Shown here: positions 52,855 through 64,000 of the stretch, piece by piece
How positions within the stretch are numbered: position 1 is the stretch's first letter
Layout: the number at the start of each line of letters is the position of its first letter
Assembly: GCA_034780895.1 (NCBI GenBank)
Contig: JAUZTB010000048.1
Span: 29,710,221 to 29,774,220 of the forward strand
Reading direction: 5' to 3'
From: Rhynchobatus australiae
Lineage: Eukaryota
Length of the DNA stretch: 64,000 nt
The notes under the pieces: generated by a model
Told to the model about the DNA's origin: nothing
What the model saw: the letters and a program-made list of their open reading frames with translations, nothing else
The model's database searches: none
Made by a program: the position numbers and the translations under genes

Positions 52855-53100
52855 CAGAGAATGCTGGAAACACTCAATCTACAGATGCTGGAAATGCTCA
52901 GCAGGTCAGGGAGCATTGGGGAAAAGAGAAGCGGTTAAACATCTCAGGACCAGAACCCTTTATCAGTTCCAGTTCATGAAGGGTCCTGGTCCTGAAACAT
53001 TAACTCTGTTTCTCTTTCCACAGTTGCTGCCTGACCTGCTGAGTACTTCCAGCATTCTCTGTTTACGTTTCAGATCTCCAGCATCTGCAGATTGTTGATC
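52855..53100. mobile_element. Palindromic Penelope-like terminal repeat pair
   Basis: About 80-nt arms atgctggaaatgctcagcaggtcagg...accctt pair with aagggt...cctgacctgctgagtacttccagcat. Confidence 0.7.
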
Positions 53101-53477
53101 TTCAAGTCATTTGTCAAGCTACATTGGCATTCCATGAAATTCTGAACTGGATATTCTAAACAGTCCTTTTCAAACCTTTATCTCCATCAAGATTCAAATG
53201 AATGAAAAAGACATATGAACAGAAATAGAATAACTGACTATAATCAGACCAGATTGTTTGGACATTACTGAACTGAAAAAAAAATGTTATTTTATGAGTT
53301 TACATGATTGCCTTTAAGAATGTTGCAAACTAATAAAAACAGTTACTTCACAGCAAAGTGAGATTATGCACTGATCTTGCATGTTTCTACTAGCCTCAGA
53401 GCCTAGGTGCAATTTGTAAAACAACTCATCTGTAGTTCAAAAGGAGAGCAAAGGTTCCCGATGACATTAACACTTAC

Positions 53478-53641
53478 CATAATAACCTTTTCTGGGTCCT
53501 GGATGTGATGGTCCAAGTTCAGGGAGTCCTGTCGGACCTTCCTGGCAAGCATCACCAGAATATCCTGGACAACATCTCCATTCTAACTCTGTCACGGTCT
53601 TGTATCCAATTTTATATTTAGGTTTTAGGAAGGTCCGATAC
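53478..53641 (-). CDS. EMILIN3: EMILIN3-like exon 3 (EMI domain, C-half)
   Basis: ttcacacag| ... |gtaagt. Encodes YRTFLKPKYKIGYKTVTELEWRCCPGYSGDACQEGPTGLPELGPSHPGPRKGYY, with the EMI WRCCPG motif. Confidence 0.94.
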
Positions 53642-54639
53642 CTGTGTGAAGCAATTAATTTTTTAAATTAACAAAACATATCACAGCTGGGAAATTTGAT
53701 AACAAACTATGTATTTTCCACTGCAGGAGAACGCATGAAACCACAAGCAGAAGTAGCTTGGTTCTGATTTCTTAATGATTTGTTGTTTACTTCAAACTTC
53801 TTAAATCAGTACAAATCTTTTGTGGCAGAGTAAGGCTACAGATATGCAAACTGTCTTTAATTCTTCCTTACATTTCCAGAACCTTAGGATTGATGGAAAC
53901 TGGGTTAAAACGATGAAAGATTTCTTGACAGTTTGCAGCCAAATTGAATGTGATCCCAACAGGATANNNNNNNNNNNNNNNNNNNNNNNNNNNNNNNNNN
54001 NNNNNNNNNNNNNNNNNNNNNNNNNNNNNNNNNNNNNNNNNNNNNNNNNNNNNNNNNNNACCTTTATTTTCAGGTCCCCCTTTTGCAGTTTTCAAAATTA
54101 GCTCCCTCGATCAATTTGAAAACAAAGCACTTTATTTGGATCTACATGAATATCTTGGGCCTCAGTGTCCTTTAAACACAACGACCGTTATTAAATCTAG
54201 ATTAAATGACAGCTGTGAAGTGGATTTCAGCATCTGATTGAGGTTCAAAGTCGCCCAGCTTTCTCAGCTGTCTGGAAATTGATTCCATCAACTAAAAATA
54301 GCTGCTTAAATCAAGCAATGTGTTTTTCATTAAAATTAGACATGTACTGTGCTAACAACAGGACACCCAAGAGGGAACAGATGAGAGAGCCAGGTTATGT
54401 TACACACTCAGCCCACACCTCACTTTCCATGCTGTTTTGGACTGAATACTCTCTATTTAACTAAAATAAAAATTTATTATTCCACTAATAACAGTGTAAT
54501 CTGGTGTTTATATAATGCATGTTTGTCGTCGTATTATCAAAATAATGCTCGTAGCTACCCTTTTGGTAATCTCTGCAACTACAATGCTGAGTTAATCTCA
54601 TATGACACAGGACGAGGTCACTTTGGCCCAGGAAGCCCA

Positions 54640-54932
54640 CGCAAGTTTACCAAGCGACCCCATTCCCTGTAACCCATTCTCCCCACATTCCCGTCAACTC
54701 ACCCCAGATTCTACCACTCGCCTACACACAAGGGGCAATTTATGACGGTCTACTAACCCACCAAATTTGCACACCTTTAGGATGTGGGAGGAAACAGGCC
54801 CCAGAGGAAACCCACAAGGTCACAGGGAGAATGTGCAAACTCCACACAGACAGCGCCGCAGGTCAGAATTGAACCCAGGTCGCTGGAGCTGTGAGGCAGC
54901 AGCTCTACTAGCTCTGCCACTGTGTCACCCAA
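54640..54932 (-). mobile_element. V-SINE-like SINE
   Basis: Minus strand gggtgacacagtggcagagctagtagagctgctgcctcacagctccagcgacctgggttcaattc shows tRNA-like A/B boxes. Confidence 0.8.
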
Positions 54933-55219
54933 ATTGGTAAGCTTACTGTGTCTTGTTATTTTTCCAGCAGTTAGAGATTTAGAAATTGGTTCTATAGATA
55001 TGACCTATTTACAAGTTGCAATGACATACCTCAAGTCGTTGAGACTCTGCATTAAATATAAATGGTAGAATCTGCAGGATTTTCAGGTTAAGATAATCCA
55101 GGCTCTTGTACAGACAGAGGACATTTGCCTTGCTTTATATATAACTGACATAGTACAGGAATGAATGAGTTATTTTCCTTTATGTAGTCATCAGCCAGGG
55201 AAGTCTGCTCCTGGGACAG

Positions 55220-55386
55220 CCTTGTTTTCACCTTCACAACATTTAAGAAGCATTTAGATAGGCACTTGAGGTGCCAAGGTATAGAATGCTATGGATCTAA
55301 TGCAGGCAAATGGGGTTAGTGTCGATGGGTCCACTAGTTAGCATGGACACAGTGGGCTAAAGGGCCTTTTCCTGTGTGTATGATTC
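55220..55386 (+). mobile_element. CR1 3' tail fragment
   Basis: acatttaagaagcatttagatagg...gggctaaagggcct...tgtatgattc. Similar tails at 57920-58080 (-), 60015-60065 (+) and 61415-61545 (+). Confidence 0.65.
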
Positions 55387-57662
55387 AATTTCTTTGTTAT
55401 TGCTCCAATTTATATGTAAACTGCTTACATCAAGTGAGAGATCTGCCTCAGGTCTCCACCGAGGTGGAGATACCCAAAAGTGACCAGAGAATGTTTTCTC
55501 AGCAGGTTTTCCTTCACTTGGAGAAGAGAGAAAGCCAATTGTCTGCGCATGAGATGAAAGTATTCCATCCTCTATTTTATCAGAATTTAATTGGCATACA
55601 GTTTATGCAGTTGTCAATTTCTCTTTGTAGCTTGTCTCTGCCATTAACTGGAATCTCAAAAGTGAATGCCAGCAAGGGAACTGTATGCAATCATCTTCTG
55701 TTGCAAAGCAAATAAAGAACCGAAAAATAAACAAATGTAGTGGTAACTTAGAGAACAATGTTCATTTCTCCCATGGGTGGGATTCACGGACTAATACAAA
55801 GACATGGAAAAGTGATTAGAAGCCACTAAATTTGATTGATACCATCTCTTTGGTACACAAATATGAAATTATTCCTATTAAGACAGATACTGTTCAAGGC
55901 ATCTAGTGTGATTTGTTTGTTTCCATTTGAGTTTAAGTCAGAAAGAACATTGCATTAGAAAACATGTTGTACAAACTACTGCTGCAGCAGATGTAACATC
56001 TGCAGCCCAAATTGAACTGGTAGCAAACCTGCTTTTGAAGAGCAGCTGCCCTTCATTCTTGGGGTTCCAGGTAGCATCTGCACTGAGTTTTTGGAAGTCG
56101 CTGTTTGTAGTAACAGAACCTGGCCAAAATGGTGACCTAATGTGAAACATCCTCCCAAATGCACATTTAGTTCAGGAGCGTTGTGTTTGATTGATTGGTT
56201 TCTTTGATAACTGAAAAATCTTCAATTGCTTTGTCCCTGATGCCATTCTTTCAGGTGTCCAGCACATGTCTGAACTGAAAATTGCCACTGACAAAATTGT
56301 CAGGCACCATGATGATGTCAAAAATCACTATTGCAGTGCTTTTTATTAATTCAAAAGTATACGTTCAGACAAAAACTCCCTTTCGTGACAAATCATAGAT
56401 CAGTGAATCTTACTATACAACAGGAGGCTACTTGATCCTTCATTTCTGGGCCAGCTCTTTGAAAGAGCTATTCAATTCATGTCACTTTTGCAAATCTTTT
56501 CTCCAAAGTATTCCAAAACCTTTCCTTCCTTTTCAAGTAGATATCTAATTGAAAACTAATTCTAAATCTGCTTCCAACCACCTTTGCATTGCTGAATGCA
56601 ACATAAAAGTGCGTAAAGTTTTCATCAGCAATCCTGTGATTCTCTTGCCAATTATCTTAATTCTGTGTCCTTTAGTTACTGACCCACCACAGCAGAAAAA
56701 TTATTTACTCTGTGAAAACTTATCACAATTTTAGAATATTTCTGAAGCCTTCTTTATGCTTCTCTCTTCTTTAAAAAAAAGAAAATTTTCTGGAGTCTGT
56801 CGTGCATCCAATTAAAAAAGCAACAATTTCAATCAAAAGAATGCTGTGACTACCTTAGTACAATTCTCTGCCAAAATACACCAGTTATTCTTTCAAGTTC
56901 AGTCTTGACTGCAACCTTTGTTTAATTAAATCTGCAAGACGCTACAAATTGAACTTAATGAAATTTTAACAAGGTAATGGTGGGAGGAAATCACATCAAT
57001 GTCACGAAAGCTGTCAAAAGGCATTTTCCAATGAAACATGTCTCTGACATCTGTTGCGAATGGGTATTGAACATTCGCACGTCCGCAGATCCTTTGCTGG
57101 CCACCAGAGGACGCGAAAGCACCAGAGTTCAGAAACTTTCTCCCGCTCCCTCAGAGATAAATGATCCCGAGCGGTGCAGCCTGTTTCTCGGTTCAAAATC
57201 TTAATGCCATTTATTTAGACTAATTACTCCAAATCTCTGTACCAATGCATAAAAAAAAAGTTTCGGCCGTTTAAAAGCAATCGATTAGGTCCCATAGTTT
57301 TTAAAGAACTAATTAAGTCAGAAACCAAATATAAATCAGATCAACTCACCCAATGCCATTGAACACTCCACAAAAGCATCCATTTAGTGCATTATAAATT
57401 ATTTTAGTATTATTCAAAAACTATGAAATCCAGTTGTGAATTTGAATTTTAAGGCACTTAATGCCAGTTGATATCCAATTTCCCCCACTCGCCAAATCTT
57501 AAATGTTTTGGCTCAGATTAAGACATATCCCTTATTTCCTGCTGGATGGAGGGTCCCGTCAGTATAACTCTGCACGGTACATTCTACCGCGGCAGGATCT
57601 CCGACAGCCTATTGTGGTCAGGGCACCGCTAGAATGGAAACAATCTGGCGGCGAGGTTGCAA

Positions 57663-57698
57663 GATCACAGTCCCGGGGTTGATCACAGTCCCGGGGTT
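57663..57698. repeat. 18-bp tandem duplication
   Basis: gatcacagtcccggggtt repeated twice in EMILIN3 intron 2. Confidence 0.9.
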
Positions 57699-57733
57699 GA
57701 GGCGGGTGGCGCGGCGAGGTGCTGAGAACTTAC

Positions 57734-57859
57734 ATGACTACTCCCGGACACTTGAGTTGTCCCCAGGCACACTGATGGTATTCGGCCTTCACAAAGGTGT
57801 CTGTGCCGTCTTGCATCGTGCAAGTGATATTCTTCTTCACAATATAGGCGCAGTAATTC
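57734..57859 (-). CDS. EMILIN3: EMILIN3-like exon 2 (EMI domain, N-half)
   Basis: ttcttcag| ... |gtaagt. Encodes NYCAYIVKKNITCTMQDGTDTFVKAEYHQCAWGQLKCPGVV; 'VKAEYxQCxWGxxKCPG' is the EMILIN3-type EMI signature. Confidence 0.93.
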
Positions 57860-58291
57860 CTGAAGAAGAAAAGCAAATCGCCCGTTGATATTTTTCGAGT
57901 AAATAACACAAACAAATCGAGTCTATCAGGACATCGGACAGCACAGGTCCTTCGGCCCACGAATTCTGTCCCGCACACGATGCCAAATCAAACTAAATCT
58001 CTTCTGCCCGCACATGATCCGCATCCCTCCATTCCCGGCATATTTACGCGTCTTATCTAACAACCTCTTAAAAGCTACCGGTGCACAGTTGTGGTTTAAC
58101 CTCGTTGGTGCAAAACATCGAGTCAAGAGCTTCGATTGATGAAGAAAAAATAAAGAACAAGTCGTGCACGTCTCTCAGTTTGCGTCCCATTTAGTTTTGC
58201 AAAGCTGCGACAAATAGGTGGAGGTTTAAAACTGCAAAGTCTTTGGGGGGGGGAATTGTTTAATCTTTCAGCAAAGGAGAAGGAAACTCAC

Positions 58292-58467
58292 TTGTGCCGG
58301 CCCGTGCTCCGCCCTGCGCCTTTCAGACTGGGGCTCGTCCCTGAGGTGAAGAGGTTATAGCGGTACGGAGCGTAGAAATTACCCTTCGCATCGATGGGTG
58401 GAAGAAAGGTCAACGCCACAAGGCAGCAGAGAATCAGAGAGGAAGACGCCGACGCGCTTTCTAACAT
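58292..58467 (-). CDS. EMILIN3: EMILIN3-like exon 1 (signal peptide)
   Basis: ATG at 58467, then MLESASASSSLILCCLVALTFLPPIDAKGNFYAPYRYNLFTSG...GRHK, donor GTGAGT. Hydrophobic signal peptide plus the EMILIN 'RYxLxTxG...HK' motif. Lies in a CpG-rich region. Confidence 0.88.
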
Positions 58468-59143
58468 CGTGACAGTTTTGTTTTAATATCCAGGTGTAGC
58501 AGCGCAGTCGAGCCCGTCTCTTGATGCTGAAAGCGGCGCAAAATTCGTCGGGCGCCTGAGCACCGGTCGGAGAAGGAAGGTGGGGATGGGTNNNNNNNNN
58601 NNNNNNNNNNNNNNNNNNNNNNNNNNNNNNNNNNNNNNNNNNNNNNNNNNNNNNNNNNNNNNNNNNNNNNNNNNNNNNNNNNNNNNNNNNNNNNNNNNNN
58701 NNNNNNNNNNNNNNNNNNNNNNNNNNNNNNNNNNNNNNNNNNNNNNNNNNNNNNNNNNNNNNNNNNNNNNNNNNNNNNNNNNNNNNNNNNNNNNNNNNNN
58801 NNNNNNNNNNNNNNNNNNNNNNNNNNNNNNNNNNNNNNNNNNNNNNNNNNNNNNNNNNNNNNNNNNNNNNNNNNNNNNNNNNNNNNNNNNNNNNNNNNNN
58901 NNNNNNNNNNNNNNNNNNNNNNNNNNNNNNNNNNNNNNNNNNNNNNNNNNNNNNNNNNNNNNNNNNNNNNNNNNNNNNNNNNNNNNNNNNNNNNNNNNNN
59001 NNNNNNNNNNNNNNNNNNNNNNNNNNNNNNNNNNNNNNNNNNNNCTGGTGCAAGTCTGCGACTCCTCATTCAGTGAGATGCACAGGCACAGCGGGCAAAC
59101 TCGCTGCTCGCAGTGGAATCCAACTCAGTAAAACTGCCGAAAG

Positions 59144-59150
59144 TTTTATA
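59144..59150 (-). promoter_or_regulatory. Candidate TATA box for EMILIN3
   Basis: TATAAAA on the minus strand about 30-36 nt before a CCACT initiator-like sequence near 59114, about 680 bp upstream of the ATG. Confidence 0.4.
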
Positions 59151-60379
59151 AAAGAATAAAATCAGCCTGCGCCCAAGAAACGGCATTGAAAAAAAAAACA
59201 CTTTTTACTAAATTAAACTTTTGTTTTTGCAAGCACGGTTGGCGAAGGGTGACCCAACCCTGCCTGCGTCTTGTTGCATTGCAGGTTTTCTTATATCCTT
59301 GGCTGCAGGGTTTTGAGTGAGGGAGAGGAGGAAAAGGAAGGATTTTTTTTTCATGCGAAGTTTGATGTCGTGGATTTTTTGAAATAATTGTCACGGTTTG
59401 ACTAAAAGCAGGAGGGTACATTGCGGACAGGTGAGGGAGGGGTCGTTTGGAGCGGTAAGCGCTGACACCACAGCAACCGGTCCAGTAACGTGCCCCAGAA
59501 ACCGGCTGCTCACTCGCCCTCTCCCCACCGCAGCTGCGAGCGAGGAGCCAGCACCCGGGAACATTAAGGAGCTTGAATGAATTGTTAGAAGGAAGACAGC
59601 GATCTTAATCAACAACGCTGGGGCTAGCTCGCCAGATTAAAAACGAATGAACTATGCAATTTGCTTTCAGAGAGCCTCTGTTCTAATTTCTGATCCCCTC
59701 TCACTCTGAAGGGGATGGGTTGGTCCTCCTCCGTCGTGGAAGAGGGTCAAGTGATTTAGTAAGTAGCCCTTCACCTGATAGAGCCTTTGGCAATGGTTTG
59801 CGTTCTCCAGTGAGCTGGGAGCACCGCTCGAACTCATTGGCGGAGCTGTTCCCCAAGCGAAGGTTTCGTGCGAGCCGCTAGCTCTGGTACTTCACAGTTG
59901 GTGCCTTCCTCCTGAAGTATTGGCGCTCGGTGACTGCACGGTTAACGCATCAACCAGACGTTGTCAATAACGGATGCCAGGCCAGCAGCAAGACATTGTG
60001 CATGTGAGGCAACTTGGCCAGCATGGACGAGTTGGGCCGAAGGGCCTGCTGTACAGCTCTATAACTATTGCCATAAGATCAGTGAATCTGCAGTGTTGGT
60101 GTAAATCGGACGCACAGTCTCCAGGGTGACGGCAGCTCTGTCGACTTCATCACCACTTTGTTGCCCCAGCTCGGCTGGGCGCCCCAAGGTGACCCTGCGC
60201 CTCATGATTAATCGCTGCAATCTCACCACAACCCGCCCAGATCAATTTGAAAAGAATTTGAAAGCAGGCTTTACTTTCTACTGAAGGCCAGATTCGGTTT
60301 GTTTCAAAGAATCACTTTTGGCCCATGTGCAGAGAGAGTTCCCCCCCCCCCAATTTCTTGTTCACTTCAGCGACGTGGA

Positions 60380-61020
60380 CCTGGCGGGCAGGGGCAGTAT
60401 CTATTGCCCACCCTTGAAAGGTGCCTTCATGAACCACTGCAGTTCTTCCGGTGTGGTGATAAAGTGAGCAGTGAGTTTGAACCAGGAATGAGGAGGGACA
60501 GCAATCTCCACATCAGAATGGTGTGTCACTTGGAGGGGAACCTGCAGGTGGTGGTGTTCCAGTGTGCCTGTTGTTTTTGTCATTCTTGGCGATAGAGCTC
60601 ACCAGCTTGGGAGGTGCTGTCGGAGTAGCCTCGACCAATGTCAAGCATCTCAAGTGCTGTTCCATCCATCTGGGCACGGAGAGTCTTGTGGACAGTGGGA
60701 AAGCTTCCTGGTGTCAGGAGGTGAGTTACTCTCAGCACGATACCAGGACTCTTACCATCCCTTGCAGCCACTGTCTTTATATGGCTGGTCCAGTTGAGTG
60801 TCTGGTGACCCTCAGGGTGTTGATGCTGGGGGATTCAGTGATGGTGATGCCATTGAGTGTCAAGGTTAGGTCACTGGGCTCCATATTGTTGGGGGAGATG
60901 GTCATTGCATTGGATTGGTGAGAAAATTAGTTTCCACTTATCTTCTCAGGCCAGAATGTTTTCCAGGTCTTGCTGCAAAGCCTCATTTTCTGAGGAATTG
61001 CAAATGGAGTAAAACACTGC
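60380..61020 (-). mobile_element. Decayed CR1/L2-like LINE fragment
   Basis: Short broken minus-strand ORFs (e.g. RVTHLLTPGSFPTVHKTLRAQM) resemble the RT-tail region of non-LTR elements. Confidence 0.45.
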
Positions 61021-61099
61021 CCTGGAGAAAGAGGTAGTGAAGGGAGCTACTTTCCTGACCCACTGAACTCGTATAGCACCAAGTCCAAGCTTACTGTCA

Positions 61100-61387
61100 A
61101 TCACCCAATCTACAGGAATCCTACACTAATCCCACTTTTTTTTATTCTCCCTAAATTCTCATCGCCTCCCCCAGATTCTCCCACTCAGCCACATACAATT
61201 TGCAGTGGCCAATCAAGCAACCGCCCCGCACATCTTCGGAATGTGGCAGGAAACTGGAGCACCCAGAGGAAACCCACATGATCACAGGGAGAATGTGCAA
61301 ATTCCACTCAGTCAGCACCCGAGGTCAGGGTGGAACTCGGGAGCTGTGAGGCAGCAGCTCTGCTGGCTGTACCACTGTGCTGCCCTA
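61100..61387 (-). mobile_element. V-SINE-like SINE
   Basis: Minus strand gggcagcacagtggtacagcc...ctgcctcacagctcccgagttcc; same family as the 54640 copy. Confidence 0.75.
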
Positions 61388-63189
61388 AGTCTGTGTAAGT
61401 TTCAGAATTCTGACCCAAAAATGGAGAGGAAAGGTTTAGAAGGATATGGGCTGAATATTGGCAAATGGGGCTAGCTTGGAAGGCCATCTTGGCTGGCATG
61501 GACCAGTTGGGCAGAAGGGCCTGTTTCCATGCTGTATGACTCTAATGATGGAAGTTCACCGACAAAGATAAGGATGGTGGGGAACTTGTGGAGAATTTGC
61601 TGATGATACCCTTTGGGTTGGTAATGGTTGATGATTTGGTGGGTGCTGTTGAAGAAGGACTGAAATGAGCCATGAAAGAAAACAGTGAAAATTCTCGGGC
61701 AAACACTAACTTCAAAAAATTCTTTTATGCAACAACTATTGTAACATTTCTACCTTAAGATGATGCATGGGACCAAACATCAACAATATTTTCAACAAAA
61801 TTTCATAACAAAGTGATAATTAAGGAAACAATCCTTGAACTTCTAAGGAAGAGTGTTCAGGGTTGTTTGTGAAATATCTAGAATGCCAGGAATGCAAACA
61901 AAACACATAGGTTTTACTGTTTGCATTCAAGAAACTGATTGAAGTGCTCCAGTTTGGTTGTTTGTGCCTTTAACTCTCAGCAGCAGGACTCATCCCTTAC
62001 ACAACAACACTACACGATCAAACCCTCTGCTGTGTATGTAGCAATCACCTGCCACATGCAAACTTTTAAGGAGGAAGTTATCATTCTGGTGCGATACCTG
62101 ATTTTTCCCCTCAGAGCAGCATCTACCAAGCTGTCCAAAACTAAAAGGGCTTGAGGGCAGTGATCGTGTTCTGAAATGAAAAATGGTCAGTAACTCATGG
62201 GAGTCTTGTGTTTCAGGGTTGGTGTTTCAGACTGTGGTTAAAATGTGGCTACCAATCTTACAGCTGGCAGCTGTGAATTTATTCTGTCTGGCTGTGAATC
62301 CATGTCCTCTGGCCAAGAGAGAGCGAGAGCTCAATGTTTGTGGTTCTAAATACACATGCAAAAGTCTGCTCTATTTGATACACTTAAACTTTTAAAAATA
62401 TGAGATTTTTTTTGTCTGAAGAGACTTTCACTGGGCCAAACTGCAGACAGTTTAGTTTTACCCCTTAAATTATACTTTCACTTCTGCTTGACAGTGAAGG
62501 TTTCAATATAACTGCACTCTAACAACGCTAATTGTTTTTTATTATCACTGTGGAATCCCTCTCTAAAAATTCGATGTCCAGAGTTGATTTATATTCGGAA
62601 GGTCAATGTGCATTCCTCTGAGAAAGTGCCAAGCTCAGTTACTACAGATGTGCAATAAAAGTTCATCAAATTCTTTCGAGCAGCCAGGCTCTACATTGTT
62701 TAAACCAGATGTCCAATTTGTGACTGTTACTGATGTACATCAAATTGACAGTCCGGTAACTTCTGCAAGCACTGTGAGAGTGTCAGAGCCAAAGTTTACA
62801 CTTCTGTAGAAACTTGCAGTTCCTGCTGCATGTCCAGAGTGAGCTGTTAGAAGCGTTGTTGTGTAATTAAAGCTGCGGAGCTCCATCTCTTGAATTTGAA
62901 CTTCTGTAAGGACAAGGAGCTTTTGAAAAATGTTAAGTTTTCTTTGTAGAGCCTAGTGGATACCTGAGAGTAATTGCTCCAGAATTTTAACTCTGTCATC
63001 AGCCTACATGCACTTGGTGGGCTGAGTTAAAGGTAGTCCGTTTTGCTTCTCTAATTTCTCCTTACAAATAATACTCCTCCTTACTGCTGTGTCTTCTGTG
63101 CGTCAATTGTGCACTCTCTACATTGCCCTGACAATCAATAAAGTAGTTCTGTTCCCCCCCCAACCCCAATTAACTGTACAAAATTTACC

Positions 63190-63302
63190 ATAAGTAAAAT
63201 AACATTATTTTACTAATAATAACAACAATAATAATAATACTAATAACATTATTATTATGACATTATTATTATAACAAAAATAATAATAACATTATTTTAC
63301 TT
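63190..63302. repeat. (AAT)/(ATT) low-complexity tract
   Basis: Read directly; the ends aagtaaaataa and ttattttactt are mutually complementary. Confidence 0.8.
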
Positions 63303-64000
63303 CTTGCTTGCTAATTTTCTTTCTTCTTGTTGAAGTAATGACTTGTTGCTGAAGACCTGATTCACAGGTGCTTTCTGCTACCTTGCCCAAGTGGCAGTAC
63401 TTCAGTGTGAGCCAAGACAGTGTCTTTATTCAGACCATTCAAAGAATAGCCCGATTCTTTCCTTACCATGTAAGGTTCCAGCAGGGGATTCCAGGGTAAT
63501 GAGACCCTGTTGATTTTACTCTTTAACCTGGGACGGCTGGAATCAGTTATAATGCCCAGGTGAGATCGAATAACTCCTTGGACGCTTCTTGCCACAATGA
63601 CTTACTCACTCAGAAATTAAGGCATCAGGAAGCATTTGCTTAACTCCTTTGAAATCTTATACATTCAAATCCTTTTCTCCAATATGACTGCAATTATTTG
63701 GGGGATTTAAACAATATAGTTTACCAGAAGACTGGTCCAAGTATGCAAGCTGCAAAGTGTTGCCTAATTCAGATGTACTATTTTGTCAAGCCAAATCTCA
63801 TACAGCCCCACATTTCTTTCATTGCTCACTTCAACGCCAGATTCCAGCTTCCGCTTACACCTAATAGACATGCCATAAGAATAATGAAGTTTTAGAACAT
63901 TGCTACCAGTGAGATACAAGAAGGTGGAGGAATATATTAAGGTATTAGACATTATAACAAAGCCCATATTGTCCTGTGATAGTTAAGAATGAGCAATTAA

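Larger units (their letters stand above)
57540..60250. promoter_or_regulatory. CpG-rich region over the EMILIN3 5' end and promoter
   Basis: Visibly higher GC and CpG density than the AT-rich background. Spans exons 1-2 and upstream sequence; contains a 453-N gap. Confidence 0.65.

Noticed and set aside
1-64000. Prokaryotic-style systems (CRISPR arrays, operons, defence islands)
   Set aside because: The DNA is spliceosomal-intron vertebrate sequence, and no regularly spaced repeat-spacer array was seen.

Overview
This is vertebrate, AT-rich, intron-rich genomic DNA with many N gaps. The repeat content (V-SINE/HE1-like SINEs, CR1, Rex1, Penelope-like ends) points to a cartilaginous fish, probably a ray or sawfish; this assignment is inference. 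Two genes lie tail-to-tail. On the + strand is the 3' half of a lipin phosphatidate phosphatase (11 visible exons, 2752-22672, DIDGT catalytic motif, best match LPIN3); two further exons are required by intron phase and are probably hidden in gaps. On the - strand is a complete EMILIN gene (ATG 58467 to stop 29968). Its signal peptide, EMI domain and coiled-coil look like EMILIN3. Unlike mammalian EMILIN-3, its large coiled-coil exon has a splice donor leading on to a short collagen exon and an intact two-exon gC1q domain. That gC1q keeps residues aligning with the integrin-binding R904 and E933 of EMILIN-1. The C1q-bearing EMILIN3 is the main finding. Secondary findings are candidate cassette and micro-exons, decayed minimal hammerhead-ribozyme motifs in palindromic Penelope-like repeats, a nested Rex1-in-CR1 insertion with a target-site duplication, long hairpins, and possibly overlapping 3' ends. 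Homology statements come from recalled family sequences, not from database searches.
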